A stretch of DNA of 64,000 bases from Chitinophagaceae bacterium. Its GTDB lineage: Bacteria; Bacteroidota; Bacteroidia; Chitinophagales; Chitinophagaceae. Location: the NCBI GenBank assembly GCA_044353665.1, contig JBILBN010000002.1:6263-70262 (forward strand). The letters are read 5' to 3'. A program made the translations under genes and the position numbers. Below the pieces are notes generated by a model, which searched no databases, was not told where the DNA came from, and saw nothing but the letters and a program-made list of their open reading frames with translations. Positions 10,403 to 19,809 of the stretch are shown here, piece by piece (positions within the stretch are counted from its first letter, which is position 1; each line of letters starts with the position of its first letter).

Positions 10403-10502
10403 GTGCACTAAGAAACTAAATAGATTTATTTATTTTTTTAAAAAAGTTTAAAATAATTCAATATTCTTTGCTAAATATTTTTATTTATCGTTTTTGTTAA
10501 CC

Positions 10503-10510
10503 TATATTTG
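10503..10510 (+). promoter_or_regulatory. -7 promoter box TATATTTG for tRNA-Ser
   Basis: TAnnTTTG match ending 4 nt before the first tRNA nucleotide. Confidence 0.5.
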
Positions 10511-10514
10511 CCAT

Positions 10515-10599
10515 GGAGAAATGGCAGAGTGGTCGATTGCGACAGTCTTGAAAACTGTTGACTGTAACAGGTCCGGGGGTTCGAATCCCTCTTTCTCCG
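10515..10599 (+). tRNA. tRNA-Ser (anticodon UGA)
   Basis: Acceptor stem GGAGAAA / TTTCTCC. Anticodon stem ACAGT / ACTGT with loop CT-TGA-AA. Long variable arm (CTGT-AA-ACAG). T-arm GGGGG-TTCGAAT-CCCTC. Discriminator G. CCA is not encoded. Confidence 0.93.
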
Positions 10600-10610
10600 C
10601 TCAAGCTTTT

Positions 10611-10645
10611 AAAACCCTATAAATACTCATTTATAGGGTTTTTTG
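10611..10645 (+). terminator. Hairpin terminator after tRNA-Ser
   Basis: 12-bp stem AAACCCTATAAA / TTTATAGGGTTT with loop TACTCA, followed by a T-run. Confidence 0.8.
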
Positions 10646-10934
10646 TTGCTTCTATTTTTATGGCAACACGAAATATTCCGTTGTTCTGTAGTTTTGTTAT
10701 GAATGCTTACATTGAGTCTACTTTTTAGCAAAACACCCGAAGTGCTCGAAACGTTTTTAGAAGAATTTAAAGTGTTGGGATTGAAAAAAATAAATAGGCT
10801 CCGCTGATTAAGATTGTATAAAAGGCAACGCCTTTTGAGCACATATAACCTACGAAGGCACAGCCTTCGTAGAGGTGGGCTCGCGCTGCAATTCGTTTGG
10901 TGAGGGACGGTATGCGGAATCCGAATTTCATTTA

Positions 10935-11210
10935 TCAATTCAGTTTATTAAAATAATCAACCGACCAAATGTTTTCACATATACGTTGAATGAGTTCTTG
11001 CCTTTCGGAGATATCAGTTTTCTTAAAATCAGTATGTGCCTTAAATTGTAAGTTTTGTATTTTTTCCGATTTTAAAAAGTTAGGATTCTTTGTATAATAT
11101 GTTGGATGCAAAGTTTGAGCATAAGTATTTTCTTTTAAATAATGCTCTATTTTGTCCTCATACCTATCACTGCTAAACGACTGGTTAGTGCCTTGTGGTA
11201 ATAATATCAA
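10935..11210 (-). CDS. Hypothetical protein (possibly a gene remnant)
   Basis: 91-aa ORF with a TTG start. No recognisable motif. A short out-of-frame ATG ORF lies just upstream, which suggests decay. Confidence 0.3.
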   Translation of the reverse strand: MILLPQGTNQSFSSDRYEDKIEHYLKENTYAQTLHPTYYTKNPNFLKSEKIQNLQFKAHTDFKKTDISERQELIQRICENIWSVDYFNKLN

Positions 11211-11413
11211 TGCTCCTATTGAATTTCTCCATTTTTCATTTGGTTTTTCATTGCTTTTGTTATTCTTCTTATTTGACTAGAAGTAAAAATAGTGGAATTT
11301 TATGATTTATAATACGATGTGCATAAATTAATTAGATCCCCTTTCAATCCTCTTTGTGCTTTAAAAATACTTCTCACAATTATTCATATTATTTACTAAA
11401 TTTACTCTTCAAT

Positions 11414-12232
11414 ATGAAAACAACGCTTTTAATTGCTTTAGTGAGCACGTCCATATTCGCAAGTTGTGGCAATGAAAATACACACAAAGGGAAACCGATT
11501 GTTATGGGCGACTCGAGCACCATCGTTACGGAAGTGGATAGCCAATATTTACAAAATTTTACAGATGACATTTCTCCTGTAAATAAAAAATCGTCAGAAG
11601 GTGCCATTACCAAAATGATGGTTCAAGTGGATAGTGCGAATGCCTCAAAAAAAATTAATGAAGAAAATGTAACGGTTAAATCAATGAATGGGTTTACGAT
11701 TAATTTTAATGAATGTGTGGTTGTTTTTGATGGTTTATTGGCACATGCACTCAATAATAATCAAGATGAGCGAACGTTAAATAGTGTATCCTATGTAAAA
11801 GATGGTGGTGAAATATTTAATATGAACTTGGAAATTAAAGGGCTTAGTGAGATTCGAGTTGAAGAAAGAATCACCACTAAAGTGTCTATTTCTAACGAAG
11901 AAGACACCTATATATTAAATGATTTGCATAAATTTACAAGTCCTTGGTATAATTTAGCTGGGAAGGAAAATCGATTTGTTTCTATTAGTAATAACAGTGT
12001 GGAATTTTTTCCTTTTGATAAAGCAAAATTAAAAAATGCATTTGATCGAGCGTTGCGTAAAAAGAAAATAGTGAATTCTGAAATCAATGCAATGCTCAAA
12101 AAAATTGAAAAAGTCAATAGTTATTCTGACGAACCTTGCAAAATTATTATTGCCAGTGTGCAATGGAGAATATTTGGTTTGAAGGATGGAAAAAAGATTC
12201 AAAAACTGATTCAATTTGACAATCTTCAATAA
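11414..12232 (+). CDS. Hypothetical lipoprotein
   Basis: From the ATG at 11414 it reads MKTTLLIALVSTSIFASCGNE, a signal peptide with a lipobox Cys. No other family motif recognised. Confidence 0.7.
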   Translation: MKTTLLIALVSTSIFASCGNENTHKGKPIVMGDSSTIVTEVDSQYLQNFTDDISPVNKKSSEGAITKMMVQVDSANASKKINEENVTVKSMNGFTINFNECVVVFDGLLAHALNNNQDERTLNSVSYVKDGGEIFNMNLEIKGLSEIRVEERITTKVSISNEEDTYILNDLHKFTSPWYNLAGKENRFVSISNNSVEFFPFDKAKLKNAFDRALRKKKIVNSEINAMLKKIEKVNSYSDEPCKIIIASVQWRIFGLKDGKKIQKLIQFDNLQ

Positions 12233-12245
12233 TACGCTTTTAATG

Positions 12246-12283
12246 AAAAAAGGTTGACTTCTTTCAAAAAGTCAACCTTTTTT
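12246..12283. terminator. Bidirectional terminator between convergent genes
   Basis: AAAAAAGGTTGACT-N10-AGTCAACCTTTTTT. Confidence 0.8.
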
Positions 12284-12298
12284 TATTTTGTATAATTA

Positions 12299-14290
12299 CT
12301 ACCGAATAAGAATTATACTTCCTTTTGCAACTTTAGGCGAAATAATTCCTTTATCGTTACATTGGTATTGTAAAATATAAAAATACGTATCGCTATTTTG
12401 ATCTTTTCCTTTAAATGTTCCGTCCCAACCTTTGTTGATATCGCTGGTTGAAAATACAACTTGACCATATCGATTATAAATTCTAAATTCTCCTAAAATT
12501 ACACCTCCCCCACGTTCAATAATGGAATAGACATCATTGCGTAAATCACCATTTGGAGTAAATGCATCAGGCATAAACAATTGGCAGCAAAGTTCTTGTT
12601 CAAGTTGAATTTGAGATGCCGTTATGCAGTTATTGGCATCGGTCACCACCACGTTATAAGCTCCTGAGGCTAAGCCGATGGCCGTTTGTGCTGTTTGAAT
12701 AGGGTTCGTATTCGTCCATTCATACGCGTAAAAACTAGAATTACCACCAGAAGAGAATGCGGCAATAGTTCCGTCTTTTTTATTTAGGCAAGTAGCAATA
12801 GTAGTTACTAAATCGACTGTTAGCAAAGAATCGGGTTGTTTTACTTCTAGTTGAATAGAATCTAAACAACCACGTGCATCTGCTGTATAAAATTGGTAGG
12901 ACCCCGCATACAATGTATCAAATTCTGGAAAATTTTGAGGGGTACCATTTCCTGTTAAATACAGATATGGTGGAGTGCCACCAGAAGATAATAAATGAAT
13001 TTTTCCGTTGTTTTGATATTTGCACAACACATCTTCAAGCAAAGTACTATTGAGTGATACTTTGGTAGGCTCCCCTACAGTTACTGTTGTGCTTGCCGTG
13101 CAATTAAAAGCATCTATAGCCACTATGGTGTATGTATTGGCATGCAATCCAGTCGGGTTATTGGATGAAGGATTGCCATTGGTTGTGTAGGTGAAACTGT
13201 TGGAACCTCCATTTGCATTGCAATTGATAGCTCCTGTAGATTCATCAAAACAATTCGCATTTGTGATCGAATTGATCGTGAACGTGATGGGTTGTTGTTT
13301 GGTGATTAAAACAGTATCATATAAAAATAATTGGGACCCACATAAATCATAAGTTGCTTTTGCATAATAACGTTGAGATGAATTTGGACAAACTTGAATC
13401 GTATCTCCAGAACCTAAGTAAGTATTATTAGGTAAAGAATACCAATCAATACTCGTTGGATTGATACCACCGCCAATTACTCCTCCTTGAGGCACAAATG
13501 AATAAGAGTCATTCGTTGCAGTCCATGTACCAGAATTTCTTCCTGGTACAGTAAATGCAATCGTTCCTGTAGAATTTTGTATCCCTTCTAATGCATTATT
13601 CCCAGATGTCCAATTCGTACAAGCAGATTTATTTTTAATATTCACATCAATAATGTTGCTGCCTTCATGCAAAACAATTTGTTGTGTGATAAAAGTAGAA
13701 GTGCAGCTAAACATTGGATTTTCATTAAATGAAAGTACAAAAGCTCGATTAGGAGCCACACCATATGTTGCAGTTGTGATGCTTGATGTGGGAGAAGTAC
13801 CTACGAAAGGATAAATATCATAATATGCTCCCATAATGGTGTTGTTTAAATCCAAGTTATTATTTGGCAAGGGAGTCGTCGCTAATGAATACGTATTTGA
13901 TTGCAAAGCATTGGATAAATCAAATCCTATTTGACCATTTAAACTAACTAAATATTGGTTATATGTGTTATTAAAAAAACAAAATGAAAATGGTAAATTT
14001 AAAACATTAGACCATTGATCATCAATAATTCCGCCGAAATTTGCAGCAGAAGTTAAAAATGTAGTTCCCACATATGGATAAGGATTATACGCATTTTGAA
14101 CAACAGTGTAAGAGCCTGTACCACCAATTCCTGTAATAGGTGTTGTAGTTGCATGCAACGTTGTACAAGAAATACAGTTTGGTTGACTAAAATTATTTTC
14201 AATCGAAATGGAACCATTTTGAGCAAAAGCTACGTTGCTTAAAAATATGGATATTAAAAAAAATGAGATGCCTAATTTATAAAAATTCAT
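12299..14290 (-). CDS. T9SS type B sorting-domain (gliding motility-associated C-terminal domain) surface protein with SprB-like repeats
   Basis: 663 aa with a signal peptide. Carries repeats of the C..xxxG.I....GG..P(Y/F).Y type. The C-terminus MPDAFTPNGDLRNDVY...WDGTFKGK...YFYILQY matches the CHU_C/TIGR04131-type domain. Confidence 0.85.
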   Translation of the reverse strand: MNFYKLGISFFLISIFLSNVAFAQNGSISIENNFSQPNCISCTTLHATTTPITGIGGTGSYTVVQNAYNPYPYVGTTFLTSAANFGGIIDDQWSNVLNLPFSFCFFNNTYNQYLVSLNGQIGFDLSNALQSNTYSLATTPLPNNNLDLNNTIMGAYYDIYPFVGTSPTSSITTATYGVAPNRAFVLSFNENPMFSCTSTFITQQIVLHEGSNIIDVNIKNKSACTNWTSGNNALEGIQNSTGTIAFTVPGRNSGTWTATNDSYSFVPQGGVIGGGINPTSIDWYSLPNNTYLGSGDTIQVCPNSSQRYYAKATYDLCGSQLFLYDTVLITKQQPITFTINSITNANCFDESTGAINCNANGGSNSFTYTTNGNPSSNNPTGLHANTYTIVAIDAFNCTASTTVTVGEPTKVSLNSTLLEDVLCKYQNNGKIHLLSSGGTPPYLYLTGNGTPQNFPEFDTLYAGSYQFYTADARGCLDSIQLEVKQPDSLLTVDLVTTIATCLNKKDGTIAAFSSGGNSSFYAYEWTNTNPIQTAQTAIGLASGAYNVVVTDANNCITASQIQLEQELCCQLFMPDAFTPNGDLRNDVYSIIERGGGVILGEFRIYNRYGQVVFSTSDINKGWDGTFKGKDQNSDTYFYILQYQCNDKGIISPKVAKGSIILIR

Positions 14291-14344
14291 AATAGATTAT
14301 TTGTTATAAGACGAATAAACAAATAATAAAGTTAGTGCTATTAA

Positions 14345-15145
14345 TTAATAATTGCTAAATAAATTAATATTTTCTTTTTCTGCTTTTTCTATCTCTATAA
14401 AACTCGATAAGATATCCGCTTTATTTTTTCTAACCACAATTGAATGTTCAAAATGTGCAGATACTTTGCCATCCTGAGTAACAATGGTCCAATCATCATC
14501 CGCAACAAAAATTTCCTTTTTTCCCATATTAATCATTGGTTCAATGGCTATTACTAATCCATCTTGCAATTTAAGCCCATTGCCACGTCTTCCATAATTT
14601 GGCACTTCAGGATCTTCGTGTAAACTTTTTCCTACACCATGTCCCGTCAATTCTCTGACTACACCATAACCATGTTTTTTTTCGGTATGTTCTTGAATAG
14701 CCCAGCTGATATCTCCAATTCTATTTCCAACAATTGCTTGTTCAATGCCTTTGTACAGCGATTCTTTTGTAACTTTCAATAATTTTTTAATATCCTCCGA
14801 AATTTCACCAATGGCAAAGGTATAGGCGCTATCGCCAACATATCCATTTTTGATTACTCCTGTATCAATGCTTAAAACATCTCCATTTTTTAACGATATA
14901 TCATTCGCAAATCCATGCACCACAGCATCATTGTTACTCATACAACAAGTGTAAGGAAAACCTTTATAACCTTTAAAAGCAGGAATTGCGCCATTGTCTT
15001 TAATATACGTTTCGGCAATTTTATCCAATTGGTTTGTGGTTACACCCGGTTTAATATGTTTAGCCAATTCAGCTAATGTTGCAGAAACTAATAAATTACT
15101 AATTCGTAATAATTCAATTTCTTCGTTGGTTTTATAGTAAATCAA
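14345..15145 (-). CDS. map: Type I methionine aminopeptidase
   Basis: 266 aa. Contains ...VVHGFAND...DTGVIKNGYVGDSAYTF...GHGVG..LHE...EPMIN...EHS, the MetAP metal ligands. TTG start. Confidence 0.94.
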   Translation of the reverse strand: MIYYKTNEEIELLRISNLLVSATLAELAKHIKPGVTTNQLDKIAETYIKDNGAIPAFKGYKGFPYTCCMSNNDAVVHGFANDISLKNGDVLSIDTGVIKNGYVGDSAYTFAIGEISEDIKKLLKVTKESLYKGIEQAIVGNRIGDISWAIQEHTEKKHGYGVVRELTGHGVGKSLHEDPEVPNYGRRGNGLKLQDGLVIAIEPMINMGKKEIFVADDDWTIVTQDGKVSAHFEHSIVVRKNKADILSSFIEIEKAEKENINLFSNY

Positions 15146-15197
15146 AATGTTATAATTATTTTTTGTAAAAGTAGGTGTAAATTTATTTTATCAAGAA

Positions 15198-15221
15198 AAA
15201 AGCCATCATAAAGATGGCTTT
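15198..15221 (-). terminator. Terminator-like hairpin between secY and map
   Basis: The minus strand reads AAAGCCATC-tttat-GATGGCTTT followed by TTTTCTT. Confidence 0.6.
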
Positions 15222-15242
15222 AACTATAATTAATTATTAATA

Positions 15243-16577
15243 TTATATTGTAGTAGCAGCTTGTCTGCCAGTAATTCTTCCAGTTTCCATTAAGCCATCA
15301 TAATGACGCATTAATAATTGAGATTCTATTTGTTGTAATGTATCTAACACAACACCAACCATAATCAACATAGATGTACCACCGAAGAAACTAGCAAAAC
15401 CACTTGTGATGTTTAATTGACCAGCAACACCAGGAAGAATACCTAATAAAGCTAAGAAAACAGCACCAGGTAACGTAATTCTATCCATGATAGCACCAAT
15501 GTAGTTTGCAGTATCATCACCAGGTTTAATACCAGGAATGAAGCCATTGTTACGTTTTAAATCATCCGACATTTGAGTTGGATTAAATATTAATGCGGTG
15601 TATAAATAGGTAAATGCAATAACCAATACCGCATAAATAACATTATACCATAATGAACCCGGATTAGTTAAGTTTTTAACGATACCTTGAGCAGTATCAC
15701 TTTGAGAAAAACCAATTAATGTAGAAGGAATGAATAACATCGCTTGAGCAAAAATGATTGGCATAACCCCTGCACCATTAACTTTAATCGGAATAAAATC
15801 TCTATTACCAGATAAATCACTCGCAGTAGTTGCACCAACAATACGACGGGCATAGTTTAAAGGAATACGACGTGTACCTTGTACTAAAAGAATGATTGCC
15901 ATAATGATAACCACCATAATTGCAATTTCGATTAAGAAAATTAATAAACCACCACCAGCACCAGTTGTTTTAGCTTGAAACTCTTGTATAATAGAATGAG
16001 GTAAACGAGCAATAATACCAGCTGTGATAATTAATGAAGTGCCATTACCAATACCTTTGTCGGTAATTTTTTCACCTAACCACATTACAAATAAAGTTCC
16101 AGCAGATAAAACAACAACTGTCGTTATCATCCATAAAAGATTATCTGCAATAATTGCATTACCGTTTTGAGTTCTTAAATAAGCGATATACCCTATTGCT
16201 TGAAATAAAGTAACAGCAACCGTTACATAGCGAGTAATTAAATTGATTCTTTTGCGTCCACTTTCTTCTTTAGACATTTTTTGTAACTGAGGAATCGCTA
16301 TTTGAGCTAATTGCATAGCAATACTAGCCGAAATGTAAGGCATAATACCCAATGCAAAAATAGAGGCATTATTAAATGCTCCACCTGCAAACATATTAAA
16401 TAATCCTAACAAACCATTTTGTGCATCTCCGCTCTTTAATTCATTCGGATTGATACCAGGTAATACAACATGGCAACCAACACGGTAAACTAATAAAAGA
16501 GTTATTGTAAAAATGATCCGATTCCGTAATTCATCTATACTCCAAATGTTCTTTAATGTATCTATTATTTTTTTCAT
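15243..16577 (-). CDS. secY: Preprotein translocase subunit SecY
   Basis: 444 aa, 10-TM profile. Contains ...LFALGIMPYISASI... and the expected operon position after rplO. Confidence 0.97.
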   Translation of the reverse strand: MKKIIDTLKNIWSIDELRNRIIFTITLLLVYRVGCHVVLPGINPNELKSGDAQNGLLGLFNMFAGGAFNNASIFALGIMPYISASIAMQLAQIAIPQLQKMSKEESGRKRINLITRYVTVAVTLFQAIGYIAYLRTQNGNAIIADNLLWMITTVVVLSAGTLFVMWLGEKITDKGIGNGTSLIITAGIIARLPHSIIQEFQAKTTGAGGGLLIFLIEIAIMVVIIMAIILLVQGTRRIPLNYARRIVGATTASDLSGNRDFIPIKVNGAGVMPIIFAQAMLFIPSTLIGFSQSDTAQGIVKNLTNPGSLWYNVIYAVLVIAFTYLYTALIFNPTQMSDDLKRNNGFIPGIKPGDDTANYIGAIMDRITLPGAVFLALLGILPGVAGQLNITSGFASFFGGTSMLIMVGVVLDTLQQIESQLLMRHYDGLMETGRITGRQAATTI

Positions 16578-16634
16578 TATTAATAATGTATGTAATTTAT
16601 TTGAAGCGCAATTTATAGTTATTTTTTGCTATTT

Positions 16635-16642
16635 CAAATTTA
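16635..16642 (-). promoter_or_regulatory. Candidate internal -7 promoter box TAAATTTG upstream of secY
   Basis: The minus strand reads TAAATTTG, an exact TAnnTTTG match, about 58 nt upstream of the secY ATG and downstream of the rplO terminator-like hairpin. Confidence 0.4.
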
Positions 16643-16671
16643 TTTTTTTGAAATTAAAATATTTTAAACAG

Positions 16672-16696
16672 AAAAAAAGAGCTTTTAGCTCTTTCT
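16672..16696 (-). terminator. Terminator-like hairpin between rplO and secY
   Basis: The minus strand reads AAAGAGCT-aaa-AGCTCTTT followed by TTTTCTGTTT, starting 6 nt after the rplO stop. Confidence 0.6.
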
Positions 16697-16701
16697 AAAA
16701 A

Positions 16702-17151
16702 TTAAATTATTTCAAGTGTACCTCCTGCTGCTTCAATAGCGCTCTTGGCTGTTTCACTAACTGCGTTAACTTTGAAACTAACTTTTGATTTTAATTCCCC
16801 TTTCCCTAATATTTTTATTAGATCATTTCTATTCAACAATTTAACCGTGTAAAGCGTTTCAAAAGAAATTTCTTCCATTTGGTAACGGTCAATAATTGCA
16901 TCAATTTGTTCTAAGTTTAATACTTTATAAGAAATTCTGTTGATGTTTTTGAAACCACGTTTTGGTAAACGACGATGAATAGGCATTTGACCTCCTTCGC
17001 TACCTCTACGTTGATTATAACCAGCTCTAGATTGAGCTCCTTTATTACCTTTTGTAGAAGTACCTCCTTTACCAGAAGAATTACCACGTCCTAATCTTTT
17101 TCCTTGTCTATGTGTAGCCCCTTCTGCAGGCTTTAAAGTATGTAAATTCAT
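16702..17151 (-). CDS. rplO: 50S ribosomal protein L15
   Basis: 149 aa. MNLHTLKPAEGATHRQGKRLGRGNSSGKGGTSTKG... is a typical L15 N-terminus. Confidence 0.95.
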   Translation of the reverse strand: MNLHTLKPAEGATHRQGKRLGRGNSSGKGGTSTKGNKGAQSRAGYNQRRGSEGGQMPIHRRLPKRGFKNINRISYKVLNLEQIDAIIDRYQMEEISFETLYTVKLLNRNDLIKILGKGELKSKVSFKVNAVSETAKSAIEAAGGTLEII

Positions 17152-17159
17152 TTTCTAAA

Positions 17160-17336
17160 TTATTTTACAGTTGTTACTAAATGTGCAACCTTTTTGATCA
17201 TTCCAGCAATTTGAGGAGTTTCCTCATGCTCAACTGTTTGGTGCATTTTTCTTAAGCCTAAAGCCAACAACGTATTTTTTTGACGATGAGGACGATCAAT
17301 AGCGCTTTTTACTTGTGTTATTTTTATTTTGCTCAT
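17160..17336 (-). CDS. rpmD: 50S ribosomal protein L30 (58 aa)
   Basis: Absent from the ORF track because it is under 60 aa. The minus strand from ATG 17336 to TAA 17160 encodes MSKIKITQVKSAIDRPHRQKNTLLALGLRKMHQTVEHEETPQIAGMIKKVAHLVTTVK. Canonical position between rpsE and rplO. Confidence 0.9.
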   Translation of the reverse strand: MSKIKITQVKSAIDRPHRQKNTLLALGLRKMHQTVEHEETPQIAGMIKKVAHLVTTVK

Positions 17337-17348
17337 TTTAATTTCAAT

Positions 17349-17380
17349 TTCGATGTTCGATGTAAACTATTCGATGTTCG
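17349..17380. repeat. Heptad-phased repeat TTCGATG (x3 plus a partial copy) in the rpsE-rpmD spacer
   Basis: TTCGATG occurs at 17349, 17356 and 17370, with a partial copy at 17377. All offsets are multiples of 7. Confidence 0.75.
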
Positions 17381-17401
17381 TTAATTATATAAATTGAAGA
17401 C

Positions 17402-17436
17402 CGAAAATCGAAAAACGAAAATCGGTAATCCGTTCT
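17402..17436. repeat. Heptad tandem array CGAAAAT CGAAAAA CGAAAAT CGGTAAT CCGTTCT
   Basis: Five consecutive 7-nt units, degenerating toward the rpsE stop codon. Confidence 0.75.
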
Positions 17437-17954
17437 TATCCGTTAAATACTTTTTTCAAATTGATATTTCTATCTTTTGCAACTTGTATAGGTTCTCTCA
17501 TTTGAGATAAAGCAAGAACTGTAGCTTTAACTACGTTGTGAGGATTTGCAGAACCTAATGATTTCGCTAAAACGTCAGTTACACCAACACTTTCCAATAC
17601 AGCACGCATACTACCTCCAGCGATTACACCAGTACCATGAGATGCAGGTTTAATCATTACTTTAGCAGCACCTTGTTTTGCACGAATTTCATGAGGAACA
17701 GTACCATGTAAAATTGGAACTTTTACCAAATTTTTCTTAGCATCATCGATCCCTTTTTGAATAGCCATTTGAACTTCTTTAGCTTTACCTAAACCATGTC
17801 CTATGATGCCATTACCGTTTCCAACTACTACTAAAGCCGAAAAACTGAATGTACGACCACCTTTAGTTGTTTTTACAACACGATTGATAGATACTACTTT
17901 TTCTTGTAATTCTATTTCGCCTGTTTTTACTTTGTTTGTTTCTGTTTTAGACAT
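17436..17954 (-). CDS. rpsE: 30S ribosomal protein S5
   Basis: 172 aa. Contains ...[38 protein letters not shown]. Operon order as expected. Confidence 0.96.
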   Translation of the reverse strand: MSKTETNKVKTGEIELQEKVVSINRVVKTTKGGRTFSFSALVVVGNGNGIIGHGLGKAKEVQMAIQKGIDDAKKNLVKVPILHGTVPHEIRAKQGAAKVMIKPASHGTGVIAGGSMRAVLESVGVTDVLAKSLGSANPHNVVKATVLALSQMREPIQVAKDRNINLKKVFNG

Positions 17955-17996
17955 TTTCTTTATTTAAGAATACTTAATTTAAACTATATTGAGGAA

Positions 17997-18347
17997 TTAG
18001 AATTTAAGACCACTTTCACGTGCACCATCAGCCAAAGCCTTCACACGTCCATGATATAAATTACCACCTCTATCAAATACACATTTTTCAATACCTTTTG
18101 CTACGGCAGCTAACGCAATTGCTTTACCTACTGCGGTTGCTTTTTCAGTTTTATTACCTGTTGTAGCAGTAGTTTTATTTCTACTATTTGCTGAAGCAAT
18201 TGTTTTACCAGTTACATCATCAATTAATTGAGCATAAATATCTTTATTGCTACGAAAAACTGATAAACGTGGAGTACTTGTTGTACCAGAAATTTTCTTA
18301 CGAATTCTCCACTTTAATTTTTGCTTTCTTACTACGTTTACGTTCAT
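17997..18347 (-). CDS. rplR: 50S ribosomal protein L18
   Basis: 116 aa. Contains ...[19 protein letters not shown]... and a C-terminal ...[19 protein letters not shown]. Confidence 0.95.
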   Translation of the reverse strand: MNVNVVRKQKLKWRIRKKISGTTSTPRLSVFRSNKDIYAQLIDDVTGKTIASANSRNKTTATTGNKTEKATAVGKAIALAAVAKGIEKCVFDRGGNLYHGRVKALADGARESGLKF

Positions 18348-18400
18348 ATTGTTTATTTTTAATGAAAATGACTGTAACCATTTTCTTTTTTAATTAATTA

Positions 18401-18955
18401 TTATTTACCAGCAGATTTACCAGCTTTACGTCTGATGTATTCACCAACATATTTAACCCCTTTTCCTTTGTATGGTTCTGGTTTACGTAAGCTTCTAATT
18501 TTAGCAGCAACTTGACCAATTAACTGTTTGTCAATACCATTTAACGTAATGATTGGGTTTGCACCTTTAGCTGTTTCTGTAGCAATTGAAAGTTCGTTCG
18601 GAATTTCAAAAATAATATTATGAGAATAACCTAATGCTAAATCCAAAATATTACCTGTATTTACTGCTTTGTACCCAACTCCTACTAGCTCTAATTTGCG
18701 TTCAAATCCATCAGTAACACCTTTAACCATGTTAGCAATAATAGATCGATAAAGACCATGCATAGCTCTGTGTTGAATTAACTCAGTTGTACGAGTTACC
18801 TCAATATGGCCATCTTTTTCTTCAATTTTTATACCAGCATCCACTAGTTGAGATAACTCACCTTTTGGTCCTTTAACAGTAACTAAATTATCAGCAGATA
18901 CTTTTACAGTAACACCACTAACTATTTGTATTGGTTGTTTTCCTATTCGAGACAT
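18401..18955 (-). CDS. rplF: 50S ribosomal protein L6
   Basis: 184 aa. Contains MSRIGKQPI...VKGPKGEL...GVGYKA. Operon order as expected. Confidence 0.96.
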   Translation of the reverse strand: MSRIGKQPIQIVSGVTVKVSADNLVTVKGPKGELSQLVDAGIKIEEKDGHIEVTRTTELIQHRAMHGLYRSIIANMVKGVTDGFERKLELVGVGYKAVNTGNILDLALGYSHNIIFEIPNELSIATETAKGANPIITLNGIDKQLIGQVAAKIRSLRKPEPYKGKGVKYVGEYIRRKAGKSAGK

Positions 18956-19014
18956 TTCTTTTTATTTTATATTATGTTAGATTTTTAAAAATCTAAAATG
19001 ATTGAATTTCTTAA

Positions 19015-19413
19015 TTAATAAATATTACATAAAACTTCACCACCTACGTTGTTGGCTTTCGCTTCTTTATCAGTCATAACACCTTTAGATGTTGAAAGAA
19101 TAGCAATACCTAATCCATTTTGAACTCTTTTGATTTCATCTGGTTTAGCATATTGTCTTAAACCCGGACGACTTACTCTTACTAAACCACGAATAGCAGG
19201 TATTTTAGAACTTGCATCGTATTTTAATGCTATTTTAATTAGGCCTTGTTTGTTATCATCTTCAAATTTATACTTTAAAATATATCCTTTTTCGTATAAA
19301 ATTTCTGTCATTCTTTTTTTCAAATTAGAAGCAGGAATCTCAACGATTCTGTGCCCTGCCATTTGTGCATTTCTAATACGAGTTAAAAAGTCTGCTATTG
19401 GATCTGTTACCAT
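19015..19413 (-). CDS. rpsH: 30S ribosomal protein S8
   Basis: 132 aa. Contains MVTDPIADFLTRIRNA... and ...GGEVLCNIY. Confidence 0.96.
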   Translation of the reverse strand: MVTDPIADFLTRIRNAQMAGHRIVEIPASNLKKRMTEILYEKGYILKYKFEDDNKQGLIKIALKYDASSKIPAIRGLVRVSRPGLRQYAKPDEIKRVQNGLGIAILSTSKGVMTDKEAKANNVGGEVLCNIY

Positions 19414-19493
19414 TTTAATTAATTTTAAATTTTTTAATTTTAAAGTTTGAGCTTTAAAATTGTTTTATTTTATTTTTTAGTTTTTTGAAGAAG

Positions 19494-19535
19494 TAATTAT
19501 TGATTTATAATTATTTTATCAAAATTATTGATTAC
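19494..19535. repeat. Three tandem degenerate 14-mers (TAATTATTGATTTA / TAATTATTTTATCA / AAATTATTGATTAC)
   Basis: Read directly. The 7/14-nt phase is kept across 42 nt in the rpsN-rpsH spacer and runs into the rpsN stop codon. Confidence 0.7.
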
Positions 19536-19801
19536 CAGCTTGCTTTTTTAACACCTGGAATTAAACCATTTAAAGCCATATCTCTGAACATGATACGAGA
19601 AATACCAAAATGTCTCATATACCCTTTCCCTCTACCTGTCAATTGACAACGATTATGTAATCTAACTGGAGAAGAATTTTTGGGTAATTTATCTAAACCT
19701 TGATAATCGCCAGCAGCTTTTAATGCAGCACGTTTTTCTGCAAATTTAGCTACCATTTTTTCTCTTTTACGTTGACGCGCTTTTACTGATACTTTAGCCA
19801 T
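19532..19801 (-). CDS. rpsN: 30S ribosomal protein S14
   Basis: 89 aa. Contains [15 protein letters not shown]...[27 protein letters not shown]. Ends in W. Confidence 0.95.
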   Translation of the reverse strand: MAKVSVKARQRKREKMVAKFAEKRAALKAAGDYQGLDKLPKNSSPVRLHNRCQLTGRGKGYMRHFGISRIMFRDMALNGLIPGVKKASW

Positions 19802-19809
19802 GGTGTATA

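Noticed and set aside
10627-10938. 103-aa minus-strand ORF (MINEIRIPHTVPHQTNCSASPPLRRL...).
   Set aside because: The ORF spans the hairpin-rich GC patch and the tRNA terminator region. Its composition is low-complexity and Arg/Leu/Ser-biased, typical of a spurious frame, and it has no start context.
10515-11350. An integrated prophage or genomic island at tRNA-Ser.
   Set aside because: No integrase or recombinase ORF is present, and I could find no direct repeat of the tRNA 3' end by eye. The next gene is an ordinary lipoprotein. Only a possible scar remains, reported separately at low interest.
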